DNA from: Lepidodermella squamata
Taxonomy: Eukaryota; Animalia; Gastrotricha
NCBI GenBank assembly: GCA_047495785.1
Contig: JBLDXI010000115.1
Location: 1-19,346, forward strand
Length of the DNA: 19,346 bases
Reading direction: 5' to 3'
Of the stretch, positions 1-9,849 are shown in pieces. Within the stretch, counting starts at the first letter, position 1; each line of letters opens with the position of its first letter. The position numbers and the translations under genes were made by a program. The notes below the pieces were generated by a model that saw nothing but the letters and a program-made list of their open reading frames with translations, was not told where the DNA came from and did not search any database.

Positions 1-243
1 ACAAGTCTGGAAAGATCTGCGTATCGATTTTTGAATTCCAAGGCCTTGATAATGGCGCCTCGAGCACCGAAACGTAGGCTGAAATATTGATAATACTACG
101 TTAAACGCAGAGGTGTTTCGACATTTACTCTCTCTTTTTTATTCATTCACACTATAACGGTCAAAACTGGTTTGAAATATTTTATGAGAAATTGAAAACA
201 AAACAAAACAGCTAAATTGAACTTTATGAAAGCCCAAAGTTCG

Positions 244-355
244 ACCTAGCCTTAAACCTAAACTGAACTCAAAATCATAACATTGCCCTAACCCTAACCC
301 TATTACCTAACCCTAACCCTAACCCCAACCCTAATCCTTAATCCCAACTCCTAAT
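244..355 (+). repeat. Degenerate telomere-like (CCCTAA)n / (TTAGGG)n hexamer tract, interstitial
   Basis: Perfect CCCTAA units in 286-334 (ccctaaccctaaccct...ccctaaccctaaccccaaccctaa), decaying on both sides while roughly keeping a 6-bp period (acctag, ccttaa, acctaa, atccca, tcctaa). Confidence 0.8.
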
Positions 356-867
356 CATCGTTTGCTGAGCAACTTATTTAATATTCTTAGTTTTTAAAAT
401 TCATCAAAATTATCGAAAAAAACAGTTCTGTTTTCTCCTCAGTATTTCCAGTGTAAAAAACTTCTCATTCATAAAAAAGCCGAGTAAGGAGTGAGTCTGG
501 GTACATAGTGGCGCCTGGGAAGTGTGATAAACAGCTTTAATCAATGAAAGCCGGGGTAGCGCATTTCCTTGGGCGAAAAGTTGAATAAAATAGAGTTACA
601 TTTTTTGTGAGAATTTTGTCTTTCATCTCAATTAATTCGCATTTTTTTTATAAATAAACAAATAACGTGATTTCTACGGTTGCCGAGCTTTTAGATCTTG
701 CTTTCGAGATAAAGCTATTGCCGGATGTCTCTAAATCGCGATTTGTTACGGAATGAAACGAACGAAAATAGCGAAAATTGTCTTCCTACGTTTTTTGTGG
801 CTTAATTGTCACAAAAATCCCAAAAATGGCCAAACCGGACATTTGAACATTTGAAGGTCTAAAATCG

Positions 868-1033
868 ACCGGATTACACATTAGTCCGGTTTAGCAGTCA
901 GGATTAATATGTAAAGTCCGCACTTTCGGCACGTGCCGCCCGAATTCGCGCAGATTACGGTTTAGACCGGTCCGGATTATATAAACTTAGACTATATTAA
1001 GTTGTCGGATTAATTGAGCCGTTTGTCCGATTA
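868..1033 (+). repeat. Cluster of short degenerate GTCCGGATTA-like motifs
   Basis: GGATTA at 871, 901, 974 and 1007, plus variants gtccggttta (884), cagatta (951), cggtttag (958) and gtccgatta (1025). Confidence 0.55.
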
Positions 1034-1666
1034 AAGAAGACAATTGTCTTAAAAAAAGTCAAATCTAATTTTGTACTGGAATCCTGATCAAAACAAAGAC
1101 AATTCCAGCGAAAATATGAACAATTATTTTGAAAAGTATTCTCAAGGTCGAAGTTATATGATTGGGCGCCTGATTGATAACTAAAGAAATTATTGGCTTT
1201 AATTCGGAATTAAAACAGGAAGATAAGAATTAATGGCCTAGAAGTCCAAAGGTTGTTTCGCGGGAATCCGTGGTTGTTATGAAATTTCTTTATCTTAACC
1301 TAAATATTTTGCATGGGCGTGTCATAGCCTCTCGCAATGTTTGCACTTTTCCCATTCTTATCTTTAGCTGCACTTTGAATGGTTTCCTGTTTGTGGCTAT
1401 TCGCCAGAGGAAGCCGCCAGTGGGGGACATGAAATCGATCTAAACAGGAACCAATTAGGCCTTACACTTTTTGAATTCTTTGACATTTCATCACCCACGT
1501 GATGTCGCGATGTTTTACTGAACGAAATTGAAAGGGATGTAAGTGATCGAAATTTAATTTTCGCAAAAGTAGACAGTTCATCCTCGTTGCCGACAGGCAA
1601 ACAAGCTCACCGGACAATAAAAAAATCAAAATCAAGTTCATAGAAATGTCATAGGATGCTGTGATC

Positions 1667-3030
1667 CTAATGAAGATCCACCCAGACTGTAGCTCGTTTG
1701 ACGAGCTCTTCAGCTCTAGCATCGTCCTTTGCGATGCCGAAGACAGATTCGACCTTGCAGGCCTTGTTGAAGTATTTGCCGGACCATTTTTCAATCCCAG
1801 GTTCACAGGCGCAGAATACTGGGACATCTGCTCCACCCAGCTCGAGATCCTTGCCGAGCAATTTGAGCCAAACTTTGATGAAATTCATCTTGTGGTGTCG
1901 GACAATGTTGGTCCTAACTTCGCCGGGATGAAGGCTGAAAACTGAGATTCCACTTTGATCGCCCAGTTGCTTATTCAAGTAGCGTGTGTACAGAATGATG
2001 GCCAATTTCGATTGGGCATAAGCTCGCCAGTAAGAGAAATTACCGTTCTTGCGGCGGAACTTTTCCTGATTCACATCGTCTACGTCAAAGCCCTTAGGAT
2101 AGGCCGCTTGATACGCTTGCGATGTGACATTGACAATCCTGGCCGTGCCGGATTTCTTCATCAAATCAAGAAGCAGATTCGTGAGAAGAAACGGCCCGAG
2201 GAAATTGGTCGCGAAGGTCATTTCGAAGCCATCCTCGCTCAGTTCATAGCAATTATCGGGCTGCAACAGGGCTGCATTGTTGACCAGAACATCCAGCTTT
2301 GCTTCAGAGGCTATGATCTCCTCCGCAAAGGACCGGACACTCTTCAAAGAGCTGAGGTCCAACTTTCGGATAGAGATGTCGCATTTATCACCCACTGCGT
2401 TTCGGATATCTGGAAATAAAAAATTTCGCGTTAATTTCATAGTCTTTGTCTTGAAAACGTGCGTGTTCAAATGTCAAAGGTCAAATTACGGAACCCTTGT
2501 CGGTTTTTAGACAAAAAGCAAAGTGAGCTTATAAGCTATCGTTTGGGCACAGGGAACGGGCGATAGAAGCAACCATGGATTTGTTGCGTGCCAGCAAAGT
2601 TTTGTGACATGGGAACCTTTCGTAAGCAAGCAAGTGACAAAGACACTATGAGCTTTCCCAATAGTGTGCGAAGTAACGGGAGGAATGGAGGTATCGTACC
2701 CTTCAGTTCACAAAGCCAATGTGGAAAATTCCAAAAGACCGAAGGGACCCTTTGCATAGTCATAAAATAACCCGTAGTTCGAGAAACCTACTTCTACCAT
2801 AAATACCGATACCATTTCCTGAATTTGACATTTGACCTTCCCTTATGATGCCACCCTCACATACCTTTCAAAGCTTCTTCAGCTCGTTCCATCGATCGGC
2901 ATGCCATGATGATACGTGCCGCTCCTTTCCGCGCCAGCTGAATGACCGTGAATTTGCCGATGCCGCAGTTAGCGCCTGTGACAATGCACGTCTTTCCAAC
3001 AATGGTCCACTCTGAGCCGCTTGAAGCCAT
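1667..3030 (-). CDS. Short-chain dehydrogenase/reductase, retinol dehydrogenase 11-14/WWOX-like, 302 aa; exons 3030-2865 and 2409-1667
   Basis: Exon 1 (not in the ORF track) reads [55 protein letters not shown], with the TGxxxGIG Rossmann motif. A phase-1 intron GTATGT...TTCCAG (2864-2410, 455 nt) joins it in frame to DIRN. Exon 2 has [33 protein letters not shown], catalytic YAQSK (YxxxK) and HPGEVRT. Confidence 0.93.
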
Positions 3031-3678
3031 CTTTCCTCGAATGATACTACCCGGTAGCGGCCACCATGCTTATATGCGATCATCAATTAAGCTCAACTTG
3101 TCATGTCACATTATTGTGTGCCCTGGGTCGCCTGTTGTGATCTTCGCCTTGTCAGCGCAAAAAGTCCGAGTTATCTATAACAGTTCACTTGTCCTTGTTG
3201 GAAGGTAAGCGACCGGACGCAAAGTCTGAACAAAATATCCGGTTTTTTTCGAACAAATTGCCCATCGATGCGGAACCGAAGTGACATGTCCCAGCAAGGC
3301 GCTGTCGTAAGCCCTCGCATGTCGCATGACGAAAAGACAACCCCGTTTCAGATCCCATGCTGCGCTTTGAAGTGACTCCTGCCCGACTTATGTCAAGTGC
3401 TCAGCGCTAATTTTCGCAGCCGTGGCACTTGCGTCCGTTTGTGTCGAACTCAAGGCTAATATTGAGATCATTTCCTGTAAATGTGACACATGTCACTGTA
3501 ATGGCAAGGGTTGGCTACTAGCGCACAAATCATTGGACTAGCCGTCTTCGATTTACGAGCAATTTCCTGGGATAAAGCTAATTGGACGACACAATATCAG
3601 TAAAAAGTAAGCAATAAGTAAGAAGAAAATAATTGAGAGTAAACAAACCGAAAACTTTTGGGGTTTTGAGCAGTCGAA

Positions 3679-4918
3679 ATGACAGAAATTTCAGAAATAT
3701 GCATGCCCACCTCTGTTTCCTTTGGAACAGGTTTTCCAGGCAAAGCATTACTTTATCCAGAGGTTAAGGAACTAAAGGAGAGGACATTGAAAGCGTGCCC
3801 TGAAATGCTTGAAAAGAGCTTGCCTATGAACACATGGCTACAGAGCGATTTTACTTCGCCGCTCTACATCAGCTTCAAGTTCCTACTACTTCGATTCGTA
3901 GAAATCAACGACGTCGAGCAGAGAATGTCTGTTTACGCTCGGATCGCATTGTCATGGAACATTCCGTGTTCGATAAATTGCTCTGAAATTTTGCCTCCAC
4001 GATTACAGCAGAGTTGCAACTCGTCTAAAATCGAAAGTATCAATTTTTTCCTACCGAAATCAGAGGCATACTTCCCCTATATCAGCCACTACAATGCGTT
4101 TCAAGATAACAGGCCGTTGGATTCGTATGTTTAGCTAAATAAGGCCGTTCAATTGATTCTAGAAACTATACAGGCTCTCAAGTGACATACAAGTACTTCC
4201 TTTCGCGCAGCCTGAGCCTCGAGCTATGGGCTTAGCTGCTGGGCGTATGGATACGGCTTGTCGCTATCTAACGTTCAAAAAGTTTCCATTTGACACGCAA
4301 ACTTGCGAGTTGATTTTCCAATCAGATCAGAGGACGGATTTTGTCGTTTTCGAGCAAGTCTCCTTCACGATACCAGACGGCATGGCAGCTCTTCTCGACA
4401 GCGATATCTGGCAGTTGGCCGCCCCATTGAACGCATCTTTAGAGACGGTTCAAATGACGTATTTGACGAGCCAAGTCACGTTCAAAATAACACTTAAACG
4501 AAAATCTTCTATTTACTTTGCGTCAATTTTCATGCCTTTGGCTAGTTTGTTCCTTATCCAAGCAGTCACCTTCGTCCTACCACCTAATGCTATCGATCGA
4601 CCTATGTTTTCTGTAACGGTCGTTTTAGCGTTTTCTGTCATTCTTTCAATCGTTTTAGAGAGCATCCCGCAAACAGCTGAGATCGCCTACCTAATTCTAC
4701 TTGTATGCTGCAACTTTTGCTACGGAGTAGTCACTTCGATCTATTCAGTCGTAATGTGTAATTATGACGATCGCGTTGATGCAACGAATAAGAAATGCTC
4801 TCTCACGAGAAAGTTCATTGTTAAATCGCCACGATTTTACGACTTTATAATTGGCGGCAGTTTAACTATTCTCGTTATGCTTGTTGATTTTACTCTACTG
4901 GCTTTAATGCTCAGATGA
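3679..4918 (+). CDS. Divergent Cys-loop pLGIC subunit 1 (nAChR/5-HT3-like, predicted cation-selective), about 396 aa; exons 3679-4124 and 4174-4918
   Basis: A phase-2 intron GTATGT...TACAG (4125-4173, 49 nt) joins the two ORFs (RPLDS-LSSDIQV). Contains EINDVEQRM (beta1-beta2), Cys-loop CRYLTFKKFPFDTQTC, pre-M1 ITLKRK and four hydrophobic helices; M2 is DRPMFSVTVVLAFSV. The start codon is uncertain because the N-terminus has no clear signal peptide. Confidence 0.88.
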
Positions 4919-5033
4919 GTTATTTGCTGAGAATCTTATCAAATATTGAATTTCGGCAAATAATAATGATAAGCAAACTTGAGATGTTTCATTTGATTTT
5001 CTAACCACTTCGAATCTCCAATTTATACCCAAC

Positions 5034-6278
5034 ATGAAGATTGTCTTTTCAAGTAAACTCATTTTGTTGGCTTTTCCAGTCTTAATTCACGGGATAACTG
5101 ACCCTGAGATAAAGGAAATCGAGGATAATACTGTGAGGATTTGCCCCGAAGTCACACTGAAGAGTCTACCAGCGCATGTCTGGGTGAAAAGTGGCTTCAA
5201 AACACCACTTTATATCGGCATAAGGTTCCAGCTTTACCGTTTGATTGAAATCAACGATGTCGAGGAGCGAATGTCAGTCTACGCTCGGATAAATCTGTCC
5301 TGGAAATTGCCATGCAACATCAGCTGCTTAGACATTCTCCCGAAGAATATAGCCGCACTTGTGAATGGAAACTGTAGCGTGCCTAAAGTTGATCTGATCA
5401 ATTTCTTTGTACCACGATCGGAGACCTACTTCCCACTCATCAGCCATTACAACGCTTTCCAAATAAGCCGGCCATTTGACCAGTAAGTGACTTTCGATCT
5501 ATTTGACCATGTTCAGGACGAATTTCTAATTAGATTAGCTGCTGATGTCCAAATCCAACCTCTGTCGAAACCGCAACCACAAGCCTTTGCTATAGCGACA
5601 GGTCGAATCGATTCTGCATGCCGATATCTAAGGTTCCAAAAATTCCCGTTCGACGTTCAAACCTGCGAGATCATTCTCCAGTCAGAACAACGACCGGAAT
5701 TTGTGGATTTCCAACAAATTTCCTTCTTTATCCCCGATAAGATAGACGCCCTCCTAGATACCGATATTTGGGAATTAGCGGGCCCGTTGAACTATACAAT
5801 AGACAAGATATCACAGTCGTTTTCAGCTGTAATAGTTCAAGTCGCGTTTCGTATAACAGTCAAGCGGAAATCTTGGTGCTACGCAGCGTCTATCTTCATG
5901 CCGCTAGCTGGATTATTCATAATGCAAGCCGGGACTTTCCTACTACCACCCGCCACCATCGAGAGGCCTACTTTTGCTATTACAGTTGTCCTCGCATTCT
6001 CAGTTCTATTGTCTATGGTTTTCGTCAGCATTCCTCAGACAGCTGAGACGGTTTACCTAATTCTAATGGTTTGCTGGAATTTCTGCTACGGAATAGTCAC
6101 TTCTATCTATACTGTGATCGTCTGTAATATGGATGATTCTCCAGACCAAGGCACTAAGAAGCCAATATTTTTCGGAATCTCGTCAAAAGTCAGGCTTTAC
6201 GACTTGATTATCGGAGTTTTCTCAACAGCTTTAACAGTGATTATCGACATAATTTTATTCGTCCTGATGACGAATTAA
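5034..6278 (+). CDS. Divergent Cys-loop pLGIC subunit 2, 397 aa; exons 5034-5482 and 5534-6278
   Basis: Signal peptide MKIVFSSKLILLAFPVLIHG. Phase-2 intron GTAAGT...ATTAG (5483-5533, 51 nt) at the same position as in the paralogs. Cys-loop CRYLRFQKFPFDVQTC, M2 ERPTFAITVVLAFSV, four TM helices, AATAAA at 6293. Confidence 0.92.
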
Positions 6279-6343
6279 AAGGATAGCAGCTGAATAAATA
6301 TCAAGGACTCAAAGTGTGGTTACTAACGTTTCTACTTGTTACT

Positions 6344-7574
6344 ATGTATTTCTTTATCCTAATTTTCATTTCGGCTAGTTACTTAGCTGTAGAGAGTATA
6401 CCAGAGCTCTTAGAAATTCAAGAAAATGTGATGAAAGCGTGCCCTGAGTTGAGGATTCGCCAACTACCTATGAGCATTTGGATGAAGACCGGCTTTAAAA
6501 CCCCAATGCAGCTCAGCGTTCGGCTTTACCTCCACCGTGTCATCAGTCTTGACGATATAACGCAACAGCTGTCTCTTTACGTCAGAACCCGATGGTCCTG
6601 GGAAGTACCTTGCGAAGTGGTATGCGAAACCATTCTGCCTCTGAGCTTGAAAGCTGCCAATATCAGTTGCGGAATGAAAGATCTGGCGCAAATAAATTTC
6701 GCAGTACCGAGAGATGAAACTTTCTTCCCGGCCATTAATCACTACAATGCTTATGAAGTCAGTCGACCCCTAGAACAGTAAGAACTTGGAATTTGCATAT
6801 TTTGGCCTAGATCTAGACATTTTATGATATACACCCAGATTGGTCAAGGAGGTCAAGATTTTTCCATTTGGAACCGCTAAACCAACCGCGATGTTTGTGG
6901 TCTCGGGCCGCATCGACTCAGCTTGTCGCCACATGTCGTATCGGAAATTTCCATTCGACATTCAAACCTGCGACATCCAGCTTCAATCAGATCAACGCAG
7001 CGAAGTTGTCGCATTTGGCGATATTATATTCGCCGTTTCTACTTCCGCAAACGAGCCGCCTCTAACTGAATCAGATATATGGGAACTAGCAATGCCGCTG
7101 AATTACACGCTACAGCTGATTAAACAAGACCAAATCTCGAATTACCAAATCAATTTTCGCGTGGTCCTGCGACGGAAATATGGTTACTTGATGATACCGA
7201 TATTCATGCCCCTTTACGGCCTTCTCCTGCTTCAAATCGGGACGTTTTTCTTCCCAACTAAATCTGTTGATCGGCCAATCTACTCTGCTACGATAGTTTT
7301 AGCCTTTTCGGTAGTTCTCTCTATGGTTTTCAACAGTATCCCGCCAACAGCTGAAACTGTCTATTTGATTCACCTTGTTTGCATTAATTACGGTTACGGA
7401 GTTTTCGTAACAATTTTCACGGCTTTACAACTGGCTTTCAAACGTAAGACGACAGGACCAAGTGATTTCATAGGATGTAGTTTTATTAACAGTTACCGGG
7501 TTGTATCGCTTCTTTCAACGGGCGTAACACTTGCTGCTAACATCACTTTGATACTGCTAATGATTTTCGAATAA
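6344..7574 (+). CDS. Divergent Cys-loop pLGIC subunit 3, 389 aa; exons 6344-6777 and 6839-7574
   Basis: First ATG at 6344 gives the signal peptide MYFFILIFISASYLAVES. Phase-2 intron GTAAGA...CCCAG (6778-6838, 61 nt). Cys-loop CRHMSYRKFPFDIQTC, M2 DRPIYSATIVLAFSV. The stop codon overlaps AATAAA (7570-7575). Confidence 0.92.
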
Positions 7575-7637
7575 AACATGTTGTAGTTATTGCTCCAACT
7601 TACAGTAGTGATAAGTAGTCATAGAGGAATTTTCAGG

Positions 7638-7868
7638 TTATTTATCGTTTTTTCCCCAGATTTTCGGCGAAGGTGCGTAGATGCCAAAGCTTCGATATCC
7701 TGAAGTTTTATCGTCGTTATCGAACAAATCATCGTTTTCAGAGGACGATTCAACCAGGCGGGCGGTGGGCGAATCATCGTTGCCGTACCAATCATCGTCC
7801 ACTGCTTGAACAAAAGCGCAAGCTACGATGGCCACGAATAAAAAGATAGCAAGCAAAAAACGGTTCAT
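7638..7868 (-). CDS. Secreted prepropeptide P1, 76 aa (DDDWY subfamily)
   Basis: Signal peptide MNRFLLAIFLFVAIVACAFVQA, acidic VDDDWYGNDD...DDLFDNDDK, C-terminal R-SFGIYAPSPKIW-GK. Paralogous to P2. The longer ORF from 8012 is judged a spurious upstream extension. Confidence 0.8.
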   Translation of the reverse strand: MNRFLLAIFLFVAIVACAFVQAVDDDWYGNDDSPTARLVESSSENDDLFDNDDKTSGYRSFGIYAPSPKIWGKNDK

Positions 7869-8444
7869 ATTTGCTTTGTATTTGTAGAAAATGCGATGAT
7901 GACAAAAAGCGCGAAGAATAAAATTCTTAGAATAGAAAAGGAAATGTCTCCGGTCTCCGATCCGCGGCTGCTTGAGTGTGATGTCGATTTTTCTTCCTGT
8001 TTTTTTGCTCAACCACTTGTCTCCTCAGCAAATCAGATAGCGAAGTGTTTCCTGAATATCAAGGGAAGGAATCACGCTCGGCCAGACAAGTGGTTGTAGG
8101 AAGGCTATTTGCGTGCACTCAACCGTGTGAAAATAGCCCTGCTCCATTATCACATTACTTGATCTTCAGACTAAGTGCTCCCATTCTCGGACTTGTTCGA
8201 TCTGTTACCATTATCTTTGAAAACGGTCAATTAAGCGAGCAATCAGGTGATTTTGATCTTAGTCTTCGGATGCGCCCCGACATATTACGAATTGAGAAAT
8301 ATATGATTCAGCCAATTAGTCCTTTTATTGATTTGTAACCGATTCGCAACTCGAAACAACGGGAAAACATGATCGAGCTACAACATCAAAGACACGATGT
8401 AGATAGGGCATTTAGATTCCAAAATTAGGTGATGTGGCACGCCT

Positions 8445-8735
8445 TCAAAACATGTTGCGGGAAAAGAACCGTGATGCCTTGCGGAATTGCGGCTCGGCAT
8501 TGAACGTAAAGTCGTCGATGCGATGCGGCCACAGTGACGGCTGGCGACCAACACGCTTGTCATTATTCGACCAAACTGATTCGATCTCGTGCGAGTCGCC
8601 GCCTATTTTCGACACGTGGTCAGCGTTCTGCGCTTCGTCGGCGTAGTCGAATATGTACCAGTCATCGTCTACAGCATTGACGATGTGGGAAGCAGCAAGA
8701 GCTATAAAGACTAAAATAGATAAAACAAGTCTCAT
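8445..8735 (-). CDS. Secreted prepropeptide P2, 96 aa (DDDWY subfamily)
   Basis: Signal peptide MRLVLSILVFIALAASHIVNA, AVDDDWY shared with P1, dibasic KR and RK sites, AATAAA on the minus strand at 8329-8324. Confidence 0.82.
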   Translation of the reverse strand: MRLVLSILVFIALAASHIVNAVDDDWYIFDYADEAQNADHVSKIGGDSHEIESVWSNNDKRVGRQPSLWPHRIDDFTFNAEPQFRKASRFFSRNMF

Positions 8736-9271
8736 CTCGCCAATTCGATCAGAAAAAGTGAAACAAATGTAAGAGAAAAGAGAACAGCATATCAGAGGAT
8801 TAGAAGTCATTAACAGTCGATAAAGCCGCGTGAGAACGAACGTCGCTCTAGGCGCTCATTACAGTCTTGTTTGCATAGCCCTACGGTTTATACCTGAGCT
8901 TCAATGCGACGTGACTAGATTTCTCTGAGACTCACGAATTAGCGATATAATTGAACTCCAATCAAGGCTCGATTCTTGATGTCGGGGAGGGACATAGAAG
9001 TAGTTAAGATAGGAATTGCAGTTGTAAAGCAAGAGTGGATCGGAAAAATCCTGATCGAATGGTTTTTGCTTCCCTTCCCATTGGCTTGCTACTGAAACCG
9101 AGATAAATCTGACAAAGACTCAAAACTTCGGTTGCAGTTCAATTCATGTGATTATTTATTAGCATAACCATGGCTTACAACGTTTACTTGTAAAGCCTCC
9201 TTAAAATCATAGGCATATGTTATCTATCTTTCAAATCAAGTTAAATGATAGCAGCTCTGCTATATCTGTGC

Positions 9272-9508
9272 TCATGTGAAGTATTGCCAAGGGCGTCCTG
9301 AACCCATGTAGCGGAACGGCGTGTTACCATTGCCGTTGCTTTTGGCAAAACTGCCGCGACTGACTATAGCTCGCTTGCCCTGCAATGGCATGGTCCAGCG
9401 TGGCCAGGCTTCACCCTCAAGGTCATCTTCGGCTACAGCCAAGGCCTCTGCAGTGATGAAGAAAACTGCGAGCAAAACAGCGATAGTTGAGAGCAAAAAT
9501 GCGTTCAT
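9272..9508 (-). CDS. Secreted prepropeptide P3, 78 aa, with a GKR cleavage/amidation signal
   Basis: Signal peptide MNAFLLSTIAVLLAVFFITAEALA, acidic EDDLEGE, then AWPRWTMPLQ-GKR. AATAAA at 9160-9155. A polypyrimidine tract plus CAG acceptor lies 6 nt upstream of the ATG. Confidence 0.85.
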   Translation of the reverse strand: MNAFLLSTIAVLLAVFFITAEALAVAEDDLEGEAWPRWTMPLQGKRAIVSRGSFAKSNGNGNTPFRYMGSGRPWQYFT

Positions 9509-9849
9509 CTTTCTCTGGGCAAAGAAAAAACTTTTTGATAGTCCCTTAGACATTGTTTTGTAATTTTGCGTAGGTAACGCAAGAACGCTGCGAGACATTG
9601 TTGAGCCGTCCTGGGGCTAGACTTAAAATCGAAATATGTACTACAGTAATCAATCCACGGACCAGACTTGTGCGTGAACCTTCTCTCGGTAAATCTCTCC
9701 CTAATGAGGCAAACTCTAGAGAATGAGTCATCATCAATTATCGTCAATGAGCTCGATGAAACGTCCGCGGTATTTCCGAATAGTTTATCCTTTATTACGG
9801 ACATAAAGCACAGGGGCACATAGATCACGAAAACATGACGTGTCTCTCT

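Larger units (their letters stand above)
1792..7200. repeat. Left arm of a large inverted duplication (at least 5409 bp)
   Basis: ORFs inside this interval have identical opposite-strand counterparts with coordinates summing to 21138. The window's last bases are the reverse complement of 1792 onward, and identity stops after ...atgataccga (7200). Confidence 0.97.

Noticed and set aside
1-78. Possible minus-strand exon after a TTTCAG acceptor (84-79), with donor-like sites near 1465 and 1610
   Set aside because: All three frames are open over only 78 nt with no recognisable homology, so no gene model can be supported.
1661-2510. Plus-strand ORFs 1661-1945, 1698-1931, 1955-2419 and 2277-2510, and their mirrors
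   Set aside because: Antisense shadows of the SDR exon with mostly non-ATG starts and no recognisable motifs.
2536-3208. ORFs in the SDR intron and overlapping exon 1 (2536-2763, 2588-2770, 2868-3086, 2942-3208)
   Set aside because: Intronic, off-frame or antisense to the true exon 1, with no protein features.
3090-3500. Repeated TGACA/TGTCA half-sites and short palindromes (gtgacatgtc, gtgacacatgtcac)
   Set aside because: Too short to distinguish from chance by eye.
5481-5534. In-frame TAA between abutting ORFs 5034-5486 and 5487-6278, suggesting stop readthrough or recoding
   Set aside because: The TAA is part of the GTAAGT donor of a 51-nt intron at the same position and phase as the 49- and 61-nt introns in the paralogs.
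9505-9828. 107-aa minus-strand ORF as a tenth peptide gene
   Set aside because: GTG start, no convincing signal peptide, and it spans the P4 poly(A) signal and the P3 upstream region.
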